Shown: piece by piece, positions 10,004 through 22,914 of the stretch
How the letters are laid out: each line of letters opens with the position of its first letter
Numbering within the stretch: the stretch's first letter is position 1
NCBI GenBank assembly: GCA_963422645.2
Contig: CAXXVO010000004.1
Span: 384,001-448,000 of the forward strand
DNA from: Alphaproteobacteria bacterium
GTDB taxonomy: Bacteria; Pseudomonadota; Alphaproteobacteria; UBA828
Direction of reading: 5' to 3'
Length of the DNA stretch: 64,000 nucleotides
Notes under the pieces: generated by a model
Database searches by the model: none
Seen by the model: only the letters and a program-made list of their open reading frames with translations
Told to the model about the DNA's origin: nothing
Made by a program: the position numbers and the translations under genes

Positions 10004-11101
10004 TCAGCCGTGTGTGCGGGTCTTGTCCGGATCGTAGAAGGGAATCCGGGAGACCGTCACCGCACACTGCATCGTCTCGCCCTCGAGCGCGAGCCGCGTG
10101 CCCTCGGCCGCCGCGTGGGGAGCCACGTGGCAAAGCGCGAGGGACTTCTGCATCCGGTGCGACCAGCCCGGGCTGTTGACGACGCCGACCTTCTCGCCGT
10201 CGAGGGTGAGCGCGGCGCCGGCGTCGACGGCGTCGGCGTGGTCGGCGACGATACCGACCATGAGGACCTTCTCCTGCCCCTTGCGGGCGAAGACCGCCTC
10301 CTTGCCGAGAAAATCGCCCTTCTTGCGCGAGACCGCCCAGCCCATGGTCACCTCCCAGGGCGTGTTCACCTCGGTCATGTCGTAGGGATAGAAGAGCAGC
10401 CCCGCCTCAATCCTTATCTTGTCAAGGCAGGTGAAGGAGCAGGGCACGATGCCGGCGCTCTCGCCCTCGCTGAGGATCGTCTCCCAGAGCGGCACCACGT
10501 GCTCGGCGGTGGCGAAAATCTCGTAGCCGCGCTCGCCGGAATAGCCGGTCCGCGAAATCAGCGCCGGCCGGCCGAAGAGCGTGGTTTCAGCCTGGTGGAA
10601 ATAGTCGAGCGCGGGCAGGTCGATCGGCGTGTGCTGGTCGAGGAAGCCCACCGACGCCGGCCCCTGTAGCGAGATGTCGTGCAGATCGTGGTCGAAGGCG
10701 ACACTCACCTGCTTGCCCTCGGCACTCTCCTGCAGCCTCTCCAGCCCCGCGCCCGCGCCGTGGACGAAAAGACAATCATCTTCTGCGATGTTGAAGATGA
10801 TGACGTCGTCGCAGATGCCGCCATCATCCTGCAGGATCGGTCCATAAGCTGAGCGCCCGACCGGAATGCGTGACATGTCACGGGTGACGACATGATCGCA
10901 GACCGCCGCGGCGTCGCGCCCGCGCACGCGAACCTTCTTGAGCCCCGAGACGTCGAAGAGGCCCGCGCGCTCCCGCACCGCGTCGTGCTCGTCGCAGGGG
11001 TCCGAGTGGTAGGTCCACGGCGCCCCCATGCCGTTCCAGTCCTCGAGGTTGGAGCCGAGCGCCCGATGGTGCGCGGCCAGTGCCGATTCACGTGTGGTCA
11101 T
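10004..11101 (-). CDS. GcvT-like aminomethyltransferase family protein
   Basis: GLFDVS, QGP, SRTGYSGERGYE, RIEAGL, PFYDP. Confidence 0.92.
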   Translation of the reverse strand: MTTRESALAAHHRALGSNLEDWNGMGAPWTYHSDPCDEHDAVRERAGLFDVSGLKKVRVRGRDAAAVCDHVVTRDMSRIPVGRSAYGPILQDDGGICDDVIIFNIAEDDCLFVHGAGAGLERLQESAEGKQVSVAFDHDLHDISLQGPASVGFLDQHTPIDLPALDYFHQAETTLFGRPALISRTGYSGERGYEIFATAEHVVPLWETILSEGESAGIVPCSFTCLDKIRIEAGLLFYPYDMTEVNTPWEVTMGWAVSRKKGDFLGKEAVFARKGQEKVLMVGIVADHADAVDAGAALTLDGEKVGVVNSPGWSHRMQKSLALCHVAPHAAAEGTRLALEGETMQCAVTVSRIPFYDPDKTRTHG

Positions 11102-11121
11102 GGGCAGACTCCCTTTCTTAT

Positions 11122-13491
<2,370 letters not shown>

Positions 13492-13657
13492 TCATCGCAT
13501 CGCCCCTCCATGCCGCGCCTGGCATTGTCGGCCGGCCGACAATGGGGAAATGGCATACCGTTGCTGAAACTGCATGGTCTGCGATGCAGGATAGCACAGT
13601 GGATACGTGGCCGGTAGACGATTGACTGCCAGTGCCGGGATCAAATCAACGAACATT

Positions 13658-13712
13658 TGATTGGTAGTACCAAATAGTCATCTCCCTCTGCTCTGATTGG
13701 TCCAACCAAATA
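13658..13712. promoter_or_regulatory. Two GntR/FadR-type operators in the divergent promoter region
   Basis: TGATTGGT-AGT-ACCAAATA (13658-13676) and TGATTGGT-CCA-ACCAAATA (13694-13712), 36-bp period, TGGT-N3-ACCA palindrome. Confidence 0.75.
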
Positions 13713-13879
13713 CTCGTATTTACGTGCTTAATTGTCGGCCGGTCTTGACTCGGATCAATGATCCCGAATACGGTTTGTTCGATGATTGCGCAAGAGAAGC
13801 GTAATCGCTTCGGCTGCCCCGGCGGACAGCGCCTCGCCAAGGCGCCCCGCGCAGCCGCACCCAACAGGGAGACCACATT

Positions 13880-15151
13880 ATGGGCAAGAAGGGACTTACA
13901 CGCAGGCAATTCACGGGAACGGCTGCGGCCGCGGCCGGCGCCGTTGCCGCGTCGTCGATCGGTGCCCCCTACGTCGCGCGGGCTGCCGAGAAGGTGGTGA
14001 AGCTCGGCTTCCTGGGGCCACTCACCGGCGAAGTCGCAGGCTGGGCCCTGCCGGGCCGCAATGCTTGCCTGATTTGGGCCGAGCAGGTCAACGCGGCCGG
14101 CGGCGTCAAGATCGGCGACGACAACTATATGGTCGAGATCGTCTCCTACGACGACGAGTATCTGGCCGACAAGGGACTGATCGGTGCCAAGAAGCTGGTG
14201 CTCGAGGACGAGGTCAAGATGATCATGATGCTGGGCGGCACCGACGCGCCGGCAGCCGTGCAATTCTTCACCAAACAGGAGATGCTGTCGACCACGTTGC
14301 TGCCGAGCGATCTCACCCCGGACACGCTCTATCACCTGGCGCCCGCCGAGGTGCATCCGCTCTACAACGTGACCGGCGTCGAGTGGCTGGCGGAGAACCG
14401 GCCGGAGCTCAAGACCGCGGCAATCTGTGCCCAGGACGACGAGCTCGGGTGGCCCTCGGTCGCGACCTATCTGGCTTCGTTCGAGGCGGCAGGCATCGAC
14501 GTCGTCTACAACAAGTACTTCGACATCAACACCACCGACTTCGCACCGGTGGTAACCGCGATGCTGGCCGAGAATCCTGACATCGTGTGCCTCGACACGG
14601 CCTATCCGGACTTCGTCAACCTGCTCTGCGAGCAACTGTTTCTGCAGGGCTACGACGGGCAAATCATCTCCTGCACCCTCGATTTCTACGGGCGGATAAT
14701 CGAGAAAACGAGCAAGGAATTCCTCGAGGGTCTGGTTTTCCAGTTCCCGGATTTCGACGACGCGGCGATGAACGAACCGCACATCAACTTCGACAACCCC
14801 AACGAGTTCTTCGCCAACTACAACGAGCGCTTCCCGGACGCTTGGAGCGCGGTGACCTGGGAGTATCCCGCGATCGCCGAGATGTGGAAATCGGCGGCCG
14901 AGACGGCCGGCAGCGTCGAGCCAATGGACGTGTTCGCGGCGCTGAAGGAAGGCGGGCGCGGCCCCCATGTCTTCGGCGACGCCGCCTGGTGGGGCAGCGA
15001 GCTTTACGGGATCGACAACGCACTGGTCGGCAACTGGCCGGTGGTTCAAATCCAGGACGGCAAAGCCACGATCGTCGATTACCGCAATATCCTCGACTGG
15101 TATGGGAAGCACGGCGATCTGTTGATCAAGCATACCGAAGAGCAAGGCTAA
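13880..15151 (+). CDS. HAAT (LivJ-like) ABC substrate-binding protein with Tat signal
   Basis: TRRQF twin-arginine leader; LGFLGPLTG, VNAAGG, YDD, TTDFAP. Confidence 0.9.
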   Translation: MGKKGLTRRQFTGTAAAAAGAVAASSIGAPYVARAAEKVVKLGFLGPLTGEVAGWALPGRNACLIWAEQVNAAGGVKIGDDNYMVEIVSYDDEYLADKGLIGAKKLVLEDEVKMIMMLGGTDAPAAVQFFTKQEMLSTTLLPSDLTPDTLYHLAPAEVHPLYNVTGVEWLAENRPELKTAAICAQDDELGWPSVATYLASFEAAGIDVVYNKYFDINTTDFAPVVTAMLAENPDIVCLDTAYPDFVNLLCEQLFLQGYDGQIISCTLDFYGRIIEKTSKEFLEGLVFQFPDFDDAAMNEPHINFDNPNEFFANYNERFPDAWSAVTWEYPAIAEMWKSAAETAGSVEPMDVFAALKEGGRGPHVFGDAAWWGSELYGIDNALVGNWPVVQIQDGKATIVDYRNILDWYGKHGDLLIKHTEEQG

Positions 15152-15184
15152 CCCTGGAGCCTTCGGTATCGATCACGTTATGAC

Positions 15185-15253
15185 GCGGCGGGTCCGTCAG
15201 CAGCACGGACCGCCGCCAGGGAAAGCCGGGGCCGTGCGGCCCCGGCTCTTCTG
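15185..15253 (+). terminator. Two GC hairpins after the SBP gene (terminator or mRNA stabiliser)
   Basis: AGCCGGGGCC-GTGC-GGCCCCGGCT (15224-15247) preceded by a second stem at 15185-15216. Confidence 0.55.
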
Positions 15254-15350
15254 TCGTAGGATTTGTCTCCCTATGAGCGGACGCCCCATCCGACCCGGCG
15301 CGCCGGCGGGCAGGGGGCGTGTGACCAGCACCTGACCTGCGCGGGGGACC

Positions 15351-16226
15351 GTGGATACTGTCGTTCAGACGCTGGTGAACGCTCTGATGCAGAGCAGCTT
15401 CGTCGCGCTGATGGCGGTGGGCCTGGTTCTCATCTTCGGCGTCATGCGGGTCATCAATTTCGCCCATGGCGAGTTCTATATGGCCGGCGCCTATGTCGTG
15501 TTCTGGCTCTATGCCCAGCACGACCTGCCCTTCTTCGGGGCCGTCGTGGCAGCGATGCTCATCGTCGGCATCATCGGGCTGATCATAGAGCAGTTCCTGT
15601 TCAAGCCGATGCGGAACAATCCGCTCGGCGGGCTGATCATGTCGATCGGCGTGCTCTTCATCCTCCAGGTGCTGGCGTCCGTCACCTTCGGCGTCGGCTT
15701 GATGAAGCACATCCCGCCTCTCTATCCCGGGGCGACGCACGTTTTCGGCTTGGAGGGTGCCTTGGTGCCGTGGCAGCGGCTCGTCGCCTTCGGCATTGCG
15801 GTCGTGCTGCTGATCGGGTTCTGGCTCTTCCTCAAGCGCACGCGCCTCGGCTGGGCGCTCCGCGCCTGTGCGCAGGACCGCGAAGCGGCGGCGCTGCAGG
15901 GGATGTCGATCAACAAGCTGGCGCTGCTGGCGATGGGGCTCGGCGCCGGCATGGCGGGTGCCGCCGGTGCGATCATGGCGCCGCTGGTACGGGTCTACCC
16001 CTATATCGGCGGCCCGGTGATCGTGACCGCCTTCATCGTTATCATCGTGGGCGGCATCGGCAGCCTCGAAGGCGCCGTGCTGGCCGCCGTGCTCTACACC
16101 TTCTTTCACACCTTCGTCGCCACCTATCTCGATGGCACCATCGCAAGCATTCTCGGCCTCCTCCTGATGCTGGTCGTGCTGACCGTGCGGCCCGCCGGCC
16201 TCCTGGGTAAGGGTGAGAAGGTCTAG
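15351..16226 (+). CDS. HAAT ABC permease (LivH-like)
   Basis: GLVLIFGVMRVINFAHGE, GWALRA, IVGGIGS. Confidence 0.92.
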   Translation: MDTVVQTLVNALMQSSFVALMAVGLVLIFGVMRVINFAHGEFYMAGAYVVFWLYAQHDLPFFGAVVAAMLIVGIIGLIIEQFLFKPMRNNPLGGLIMSIGVLFILQVLASVTFGVGLMKHIPPLYPGATHVFGLEGALVPWQRLVAFGIAVVLLIGFWLFLKRTRLGWALRACAQDREAAALQGMSINKLALLAMGLGAGMAGAAGAIMAPLVRVYPYIGGPVIVTAFIVIIVGGIGSLEGAVLAAVLYTFFHTFVATYLDGTIASILGLLLMLVVLTVRPAGLLGKGEKV

Positions 16227-17256
16227 CCACCTCTGGGCGACCGGCGGTGGCCTCGCGGCGCTGCTGGCCGTCTTCTGCGCGCTGCCCTTCCTGGTCGCGC
16301 TCTACCGCCTCGACATCCTGATATTCATGCTGATCAACGTGATCCTGGCGGTGAGCTACCGCTTCCTCACGCTGGCAGGGGAGTATTCGCTCGGTCACGT
16401 GGTGATGATGGGGGTGGGCGCCTACGGCAGCGCGCTCGCCACCAAGGAGGCGGGGCTCTCGGTCTGGCTCGCGGCGCCGCTGGCGGCGGCGTTCACCGGC
16501 CTCCTCGCGCTGCTGCTGGCCTTCCCGCTCTTCCGCATGAAGGGCTTCTACTTCCTGATCGGCTCGTTTGCCGCGGGCGAGGCGATCCGCCTCACCTGGA
16601 ACCGCTTCCGCGATCCCTTCGGAGGACCCGGCGGCATCGTGTACATTCCTTCGCCGGAGATACCGCTGCCCGTCCTCGGGACCTTCGATGTCGCGGCGGA
16701 CCCCATCGCCTATTACTTCTTCACGCTCGCGATCGTCGTCATCACCATCGTCATCTTCTACCGGCTGGAGCGGTCGCGCTTCGGCCTCACGCTGCACGCG
16801 ATCCATTGGCAGGACGTGCTGGCCGAATCGGTCGGCGTGCACATCTGGTGGTACAAGACCTTCGCGCTCGTGGTGGCGTCGGCCTTCGCTGGGCTCGCTG
16901 GCGCGCTCCTCGGCCACTATCTCGGCACCGTCAACCCGACCCAGTTCAACCTGCACATCATGCTCTTCGTGCTGGTCTGGGTGATCGTCGGCGGCACGCG
17001 GACCATTGCCGGCCCCATCATAGGCGTCGTGGTGCTGACCGTCGTCGACCAGGGGCTGCGCAGCCTCGAGGAATGGCGGCCGCTGTTCTACGGCGCGATC
17101 CTGATCCTCACCGTGATGTTCCTGCCCGATGGGCTGGAGAGCCTGCCACGGCGCGCCAAGGAGTGGTGGGAGCTTGCGCGGGACTGGCGCAAACCGCCGG
17201 TCATCGACGACGAAGACACACCGGAGTCAGATAAACCGCCGCCTCGAGACGCCTGA
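16213..17256 (+). CDS. HAAT ABC permease (LivM-like)
   Basis: GEYSLGH, KGFYF, GGPGG, SRFG, PDGL. Confidence 0.9.
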   Translation: MRRSSHLWATGGGLAALLAVFCALPFLVALYRLDILIFMLINVILAVSYRFLTLAGEYSLGHVVMMGVGAYGSALATKEAGLSVWLAAPLAAAFTGLLALLLAFPLFRMKGFYFLIGSFAAGEAIRLTWNRFRDPFGGPGGIVYIPSPEIPLPVLGTFDVAADPIAYYFFTLAIVVITIVIFYRLERSRFGLTLHAIHWQDVLAESVGVHIWWYKTFALVVASAFAGLAGALLGHYLGTVNPTQFNLHIMLFVLVWVIVGGTRTIAGPIIGVVVLTVVDQGLRSLEEWRPLFYGAILILTVMFLPDGLESLPRRAKEWWELARDWRKPPVIDDEDTPESDKPPPRDA

Positions 17257-17941
17257 GATCCGAGGGCGCGCTGCCGTCCGCAACGGCGCTAAGACGCTCG
17301 GGCCCGAAGCGCACCGGGTCGCGCTCGATTGCTTCGGCCTTGCTCAGGGCGCCCAGCGTGGCTGCTTCGTCACCGGTCTCTTGTCTAAGCGCCGCGAGCG
17401 CGCGCCAGATCGCCGCTTGGTCCGCGTCGCGCCAGCCGAGCCCCGCCGCCCGCTTCTCCTGTGCCTCTTCGAGTGCGGCTTCCGGGTTGCGTGCGAGATG
17501 GGCGACACCGGCGAGCGCCGCCGCCCGCCCGACGCCGAGCAGCTTGGCGCACTCGGCGCGGGCGAGCGCGTCGTAGCTGCGCCGATGCTTCTGCTCGAGC
17601 CTCAGATGGAAGCCCGAGCTGCGCGCGCGCTGGCCGACGCTCATGCGCGCAACCCAGGTGTCCGCCGCCTCCCACGCCTGGAGCGCCCGGCGGAAGGCCC
17701 GACGCGCCTTCGTGGCCTCGCCCGACGCGGCGTGGCAGAGGGCGAGGTGTGTGCGGCTCGCTGCCCGGCGCGGATCGGCCACGTCGAAGGCCCTGGCGAT
17801 TGCGGCGGCGGAGCGCCAGGCGGCATAGGCCTCCTCCACGCGGCCCGCTTCGAACGCCGCGAGACCGTCGCGGACCCGGGCTTCCCAGCGCTGCTCGGCG
17901 CTGGGTAGAGCGCGCCCGCCCTTCGTGCGCTCGGTCGCCAT
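17201..17941 (-). CDS. Helical TPR-like hypothetical protein
   Basis: Ala-rich helical repeats, DPRRAAS motif; directly downstream of the LytTR gene. Confidence 0.6.
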   Translation of the reverse strand: MATERTKGGRALPSAEQRWEARVRDGLAAFEAGRVEEAYAAWRSAAAIARAFDVADPRRAASRTHLALCHAASGEATKARRAFRRALQAWEAADTWVARMSVGQRARSSGFHLRLEQKHRRSYDALARAECAKLLGVGRAAALAGVAHLARNPEAALEEAQEKRAAGLGWRDADQAAIWRALAALRQETGDEAATLGALSKAEAIERDPVRFGPERLSAVADGSAPSDLRRLEAAVYLTPVCLRRR

Positions 17942-17944
17942 CGA

Positions 17945-18760
17945 TTACACCAGGCCTGCGGCGCGGACCGCGGCCATGTAGGTGCGGCTCACCGGCACCT
18001 CGTGGCCGCCGGCGAGGCGCAGCGTGGTTCGGCCCTCACGGCGCTCGGCGCCCTCCACATGGCGGCGCGCGACCCAGTAGGAGCGATGCACCCGGAGCCC
18101 GCCCGCGCCGTCGAGCTCGGCGACGGCGTCCGCGAAGCGCATCAGCACCAGGGTGGAGCCCGCCGTGGTGAAGGCCTCGACATAGTGATCGGCGGTTTTG
18201 AGGTAGACCAGGTCGCGGCCGAGCTTTTCCGGCAGGCGGTCGAGGAAGCGCGCGCCGGGCGCGGGGCCGGGCTGGGCACCTGACTCGCCGGCCTCCTCCG
18301 GGGCAGGTCCCGCGACGCTCCGCTCCGCGAGCCCGCGACGGGCTTCCATCACGGCGACCACCGCGAGCCCGATCACCAGCATCAGCACCGCCACCGAGAG
18401 GTAGATCATCGGTACGCCGACCGGCTCGGCATAACCGGGCCGGAAGAGCGCCTCAGCCGCGAACACGACGCCGGTGCCGGGCGCGGCGGCGACCGGTGCC
18501 GCTGCCGCCGTCACCAGCACGCGCCTCCGCAACGAGTGACCGCCGGCGGTGACCAGGGCCAGCATCATGATGCTGCCGCAGACCAGCCAGTTGCCGCCCA
18601 TCGCCACCGCCCAATAGCCGATGCGGTCGGACACGCCGAGCGAGTCGTAGGTGCCGAAAGGGCCGATGAAGGCGAACAACGCCACCAGAGCGACGAGCGC
18701 GACCGCCTGACCGGCCAGCGAGCGGCGCATTTCGCGAAGCGTGAACGGCGAATCCTGCAA
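17945..18760 (-). CDS. Membrane-anchored LytTR-family regulator
   Basis: N-terminal TM helices (GPFGT), C-terminal DHYV, RVHRSYWV, VPVSR; start uncertain. Confidence 0.9.
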   Translation of the reverse strand: MQDSPFTLREMRRSLAGQAVALVALVALFAFIGPFGTYDSLGVSDRIGYWAVAMGGNWLVCGSIMMLALVTAGGHSLRRRVLVTAAAAPVAAAPGTGVVFAAEALFRPGYAEPVGVPMIYLSVAVLMLVIGLAVVAVMEARRGLAERSVAGPAPEEAGESGAQPGPAPGARFLDRLPEKLGRDLVYLKTADHYVEAFTTAGSTLVLMRFADAVAELDGAGGLRVHRSYWVARRHVEGAERREGRTTLRLAGGHEVPVSRTYMAAVRAAGLV

Positions 18761-18863
18761 TTCGCGAATATTCCCTTGGCGTTTGCGTATCGGACGGTGA
18801 CGCGCGGTGCGGGCCTGCCCACCCTGCGCCGGTCAGCCAACCCAACGCTTAGGAGAATATGTG

Positions 18864-19343
18864 ATGACCATCCAAACCGCATCCATCAAGGGCGTCGCAC
18901 TGGCGGCCACGTTCGCCTGTGCAGCCGCGCTCGCTTTCGGGGCCGCGGCGGCGGACCTCGAGGTCCGTATCGAGGGCCTGCGCTCGGCCGACGGCGACGT
19001 GCGCATCGCCCTGCACCGGCAGATGCAGAAGGCGGACTTTCCCGCTGATAAGGGCGTGGTCGGCGCGATCATGCGCCCCGCCGCCTCCGGCACGGTGCGC
19101 GTGATTTTCGCGGACGTGGCTCCCGGCGCCTACGCGGTGGCGGCCTTCCACGATGCCGACGGCGACGGCGCGCTCAACCAGAACATCGTGGGCATGCCGA
19201 TTGAGGGCTACGGCTTCTCCAACGGCGCGGTGGGCTTCATGGGCCCGCCCAACTTCGTGGATGCCGCGGTGATCGTGGACGAAGGTGAGGCGGCGCCGTC
19301 AGTCTCGGTGCCGATCGCCTATCCCGAGGGGGCCGGGCAATGA
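18864..19343 (+). CDS. DUF2141 family exported protein
   Basis: Signal peptide; PGAYAVAAFHD, G.P.EGYGFSN, GPP.F; RBS AGGAG. Confidence 0.88.
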   Translation: MTIQTASIKGVALAATFACAAALAFGAAAADLEVRIEGLRSADGDVRIALHRQMQKADFPADKGVVGAIMRPAASGTVRVIFADVAPGAYAVAAFHDADGDGALNQNIVGMPIEGYGFSNGAVGFMGPPNFVDAAVIVDEGEAAPSVSVPIAYPEGAGQ

Positions 19344-20854
19344 CAGCCACACCCTCCCGCCGCGCGGTGCTGCGCGCGCTGGGAGCCCTGCCGGTCGTGT
19401 TGACGGCCGGCAGGGCAGGGGCGGCGAGCGGGGACGCCGCCGATCCCGCAACGACGCTGACCGCCGCGCAGCGCCGGCTCGCGTTCGCCACGGCGCCGGC
19501 CGAGACCCTCGCGGCGCCGCTGACGACGCTCTCGGGCCGCCTGCCGCCCGGTCTCGACGGCGTGCTCTGGCGCAACGGCCCGGCCGAGCACGAGCGCTAC
19601 GGCCACCGCTACGGCCATTGGTTCGACGGCGACGGCATGGTGCAGGCCTTCACCTTCACAGGGTCCGGCGTGAACCACCGCGCCCAAGTCCTGGAGACGC
19701 CGAAGCGAAGGCGGGAGACGGCGGCGGGCAAGCGCATTCTGCCAGCCTTTGCCACGCTCCCGCCCGACGTCGGACCCATCATGGCGCCCGACGACATGAA
19801 CGCCGCCAACACCTCCGTGCTCGCCCACGGCGGGCGGCTCATGGCGCTCTGGGAGGGGGGCTCGGCGCTGGAATTCGATGCCGAGACGCTGGTGGCCGGC
19901 GACTTCGTCGCGTGGCGGCCGGACCTCGCCGGCGCGCCCTTCTCGGCGCATCCGAAGGTGGAGGCCGACGGCACCTGCTGGAACATCGGCTGCGTCACCT
20001 TCCCCCGGCCGATGCTGCTCTTCTACCGCATCGACCCGGAGGGCCGGCTCGCCGCGTTCAACGTGCTGCCAGAGGAGCCGCTCGGCATGGTGCACGATTA
20101 CGTCGTGACCCAACGCCATCTGGTGCTTGTCGTGCCGCCCTTCGTGGTCGAGCCGGAGCGCTTCGCTGCAGGCCCGATCAGCTTTCTCGACGCCCACGTC
20201 TGGCGGCCGGAGCTCGGCACCCGCGTGATCGTTGTGGAGAAGGAGACGCTCACCCCGGCCCGCCGCTACGACCTGCCGCCCGGCTTTCATTTCCACCACG
20301 GCAACGGCTGGGAGGAGGCCGACGGCACGATCCACCTCGACCTCTGCCAGGCGGCGGACCCGATGTTCGCGATCCACGACCTGCGCGCGGTCATGCGGGG
20401 CGACTGGGGCTTCCCCTCCGCTCAACCGCGCTACCACCGCATGGTGCTGCGGCCCGGAGGGACGGCTACGGTCGAGCAGGTGGCCCCGGCCGTGGCCGAC
20501 TTCCCCCGCATCGACCCGCGCCGCACCGGGCTCCGGCACCGCGCGCTCTTCGCGCTCACCGGCACAGAAGACGGCGGCTGGCCGCTCTCACGCATCGATC
20601 GCATCGATCCCGGCCAGGGCGCCCTCGATGGCTGGTCCTACCCGCGCCACCTGATCCCCGAGGAGCACGTGTTCGTGCCGCGCGGCGACGCGGAGGGTGA
20701 CGGCTGGCTGGTGGGCCCCTTCCTCGATCTCGAGCGCGGCGCCTCGGGCCTCAGCGTCTTCGACGCCCGGCACCTTGCCGATGGCCCGCTCTGGCAAGGC
20801 CTTTTGCCCTACCCGCTACCCCTCGGCCTGCACGGAACCTTCGTGGCGGCCTGA
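19340..20854 (+). CDS. Carotenoid oxygenase (RPE65/LSD) family protein with Tat-like signal
   Basis: RNGP, HWFDGDGM, AHPK, MVHD, FHH, GLHG iron ligands; SRRAVL leader. Confidence 0.92.
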   Translation: MTATPSRRAVLRALGALPVVLTAGRAGAASGDAADPATTLTAAQRRLAFATAPAETLAAPLTTLSGRLPPGLDGVLWRNGPAEHERYGHRYGHWFDGDGMVQAFTFTGSGVNHRAQVLETPKRRRETAAGKRILPAFATLPPDVGPIMAPDDMNAANTSVLAHGGRLMALWEGGSALEFDAETLVAGDFVAWRPDLAGAPFSAHPKVEADGTCWNIGCVTFPRPMLLFYRIDPEGRLAAFNVLPEEPLGMVHDYVVTQRHLVLVVPPFVVEPERFAAGPISFLDAHVWRPELGTRVIVVEKETLTPARRYDLPPGFHFHHGNGWEEADGTIHLDLCQAADPMFAIHDLRAVMRGDWGFPSAQPRYHRMVLRPGGTATVEQVAPAVADFPRIDPRRTGLRHRALFALTGTEDGGWPLSRIDRIDPGQGALDGWSYPRHLIPEEHVFVPRGDAEGDGWLVGPFLDLERGASGLSVFDARHLADGPLWQGLLPYPLPLGLHGTFVAA

Positions 20855-20893
20855 CGCCATAAGTCAGCCGCTGGTGAGATGTGCGAGTTGAGA

Positions 20894-21030
20894 GGAACCG
20901 GGCCGCAGGCCCGGACGGCGCAACTGCGCCGCGCGGGAAGCGCGTAGCGTCGCGCGGGAAGCGCGTAGCGTCGCGCGTCCACGCGCGCGGAGCGCACGAT
21001 CGAGCGGAGCGAGCGCCCGGCGACTGAGGG
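20894..21030 (-). repeat. Inverted copy of the REP-like repeat family, with an internal 21-bp tandem duplication
   Basis: Reverse complement matches the 11122-11288 units; CGCGCGGGAAGCGCGTAGCGT x2 at 20930-20971. Confidence 0.75.
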
Positions 21031-21048
21031 AAACGAATAAGAACCCGC

Positions 21049-22254
21049 TCAAAGCCCCGGATCAGCCGAGTACAGGCCGAGCAGCACGCGGCCGTGGTTG
21101 GAGGCGTTCACGTCCCAGTTCTGGGTGATGTGGCCGCGGATGCAGTTGAGATCGCGCATCGCCCGCGAGATCGGGTTGCTGTCGTAGAGCCCGGCGCCGC
21201 CCGAGAGGTGGAAGAGGAGGTCCACCGCCTCGGCCGCGAGCTTGCCCGCCATGGTCGCCTGGGCGCGCAGCTCGGTCTTGAGCGGCATCGGCGCGATGCC
21301 GCCGCTCTCGGCGATCGCCATGCCCTTGTCGCAGCAGTGGTGCAGCAGCAGCCGGGCGGTCTCGATCGCGGTGTGGGCCTCGGCCACCTTGACCTGCGCG
21401 GTGGAATAGTCGGCCATGCTCTGGCCCGACATGCGCGCGACCCGGTCGCGGGTGCGGGCGACGAAGTCATCGTAGACGGCCTGGGCTACGCCGAGCGCGG
21501 AGGCGCTCTGGTTGATGGAGAACATGGCGTAGGCCGGCAGCTTGTAGAGCGCCGAGTCGTTCACGGCGCACCCCGGCGCGGTGCCGCCGCCCTTGGTGGC
21601 GTCGATGGTGAGCGCGCGGCGGTCCGGCACGAAAACGTCGTCCACAGCGACGTCAGCACTGCCGGTGCCGCGCAAGCCCGCGGTGTGCCAGGTGTCGATG
21701 ATCTCGTACTCGCCCCGAGGGATCGCGTGCATCTGGGCGAGCCTGGGCTTGTCGCCGTCTTCGGTGAAGGCGCCGGCGATGAACCAATCGGCGCCGTAGA
21801 CCCCGCTCGCGAAGGGCCAGCGCCCGCTGATGCGCCAGCCGCCATCCACGCGCAGGGCCCGGCCGAGGCTCGGGATCAGCACGCCCGCTACCATGGCGTC
21901 CGGGGTCGCGCCCCAGATCTCGTCCTGCCCCTCCGGCGGCCAGTAGCCGAGCAGGCAGTTGTGGGAAGAATACTGGATCAGGCACCAGCCGGCGGCGCTG
22001 CAGGCGATGGAGATGGTCTCCACGATGTCGACCAAGCCGGAATAGTGCGCTTCGGCCCCGCCGTGCCGCGCCGGCTGCAGGATGCGGTGGATGCCGGCCT
22101 CGCGCATCGCCTGCATGGTCTCGGGCGCGAGTCGGCGGGTCTCCTCGGTCTCATCCGAGCGCTCGCGGATCGTGTCCATGATCCCCCTGGCGCGCTCGAG
22201 CAGGCCTTCCCGGGTCCTCACCGTCGCCGTATCCGCCGCTGCTGCCTCATTCAT
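21049..22254 (-). CDS. Flavin-dependent monooxygenase, acyl-CoA dehydrogenase fold (HsaA-like)
   Basis: GRWPFASG, W...GLRGTGS, GGAGLY..NP..R..RD. Confidence 0.85.
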   Translation of the reverse strand: MNEAAAADTATVRTREGLLERARGIMDTIRERSDETEETRRLAPETMQAMREAGIHRILQPARHGGAEAHYSGLVDIVETISIACSAAGWCLIQYSSHNCLLGYWPPEGQDEIWGATPDAMVAGVLIPSLGRALRVDGGWRISGRWPFASGVYGADWFIAGAFTEDGDKPRLAQMHAIPRGEYEIIDTWHTAGLRGTGSADVAVDDVFVPDRRALTIDATKGGGTAPGCAVNDSALYKLPAYAMFSINQSASALGVAQAVYDDFVARTRDRVARMSGQSMADYSTAQVKVAEAHTAIETARLLLHHCCDKGMAIAESGGIAPMPLKTELRAQATMAGKLAAEAVDLLFHLSGGAGLYDSNPISRAMRDLNCIRGHITQNWDVNASNHGRVLLGLYSADPGL

Positions 22255-22260
22255 GGTGTC

Positions 22261-22914
22261 TCAACTCTCCATCAGCACGTCGTGGGCGAGGTGGTCGGCG
22301 ACCCGGTCGAGACCCTCGCCGGTGCGGCAGTTGGTGAGGAGAACGGGCCGGCCGTTCCGCACCTCTTCCGCCTCCTTGCGCATCAGCGCGAGATCGACGC
22401 CCACGTGGGGCGCGAGGTCGGACTTGTTGATGATGAGCAGGTCGGCCCGGACGATCCCCGGCCCCCGCTTGCGCGGGATGTCGTCCCCGCCCGAGACGTC
22501 GATCACGAACATCCAGTAATCCACCAGGTCGAGGGAGAAAGTGGAGGCGAGATTATCGCCGCCGCTCTCGATCAGGATCAGGTCGAGGGGGCGGAGCTGC
22601 TCCTCCAACAGGTCGGCGGCCTCGATGTTGAGCGTGGGGTCCTCGCGGATCACGGTATGGGGGCAAGCGCCGGCCTCGACACCCACCACGCGCTCCGGCG
22701 GGATCAGGCCGCTCCGCTGCAGCCGCTCGGCATCCTCCTGCGTCACCAGATCGTTGGTGACGATAGCCATAGAGGTGCCGCTTGCAGCAAAGAGCGGCAG
22801 CAGCCCTTCGATCAGCGCGGTCTTGCCCGAGCCCACCGGCCCGCCGATCCCGACCCGTGCCGCGCTCGGCGCCGCCCTTGCCTTAGCCAGCCCCTCCGCC
22901 CCTCCTGCCGTCAC
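22261..22914 (-). CDS. ureG: Urease accessory GTPase UreG-like
   Basis: [26 protein letters not shown]; GTG start overlaps the ureE stop. Confidence 0.92.
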   Translation of the reverse strand: MTAGGAEGLAKARAAPSAARVGIGGPVGSGKTALIEGLLPLFAASGTSMAIVTNDLVTQEDAERLQRSGLIPPERVVGVEAGACPHTVIREDPTLNIEAADLLEEQLRPLDLILIESGGDNLASTFSLDLVDYWMFVIDVSGGDDIPRKRGPGIVRADLLIINKSDLAPHVGVDLALMRKEAEEVRNGRPVLLTNCRTGEGLDRVADHLAHDVLMES

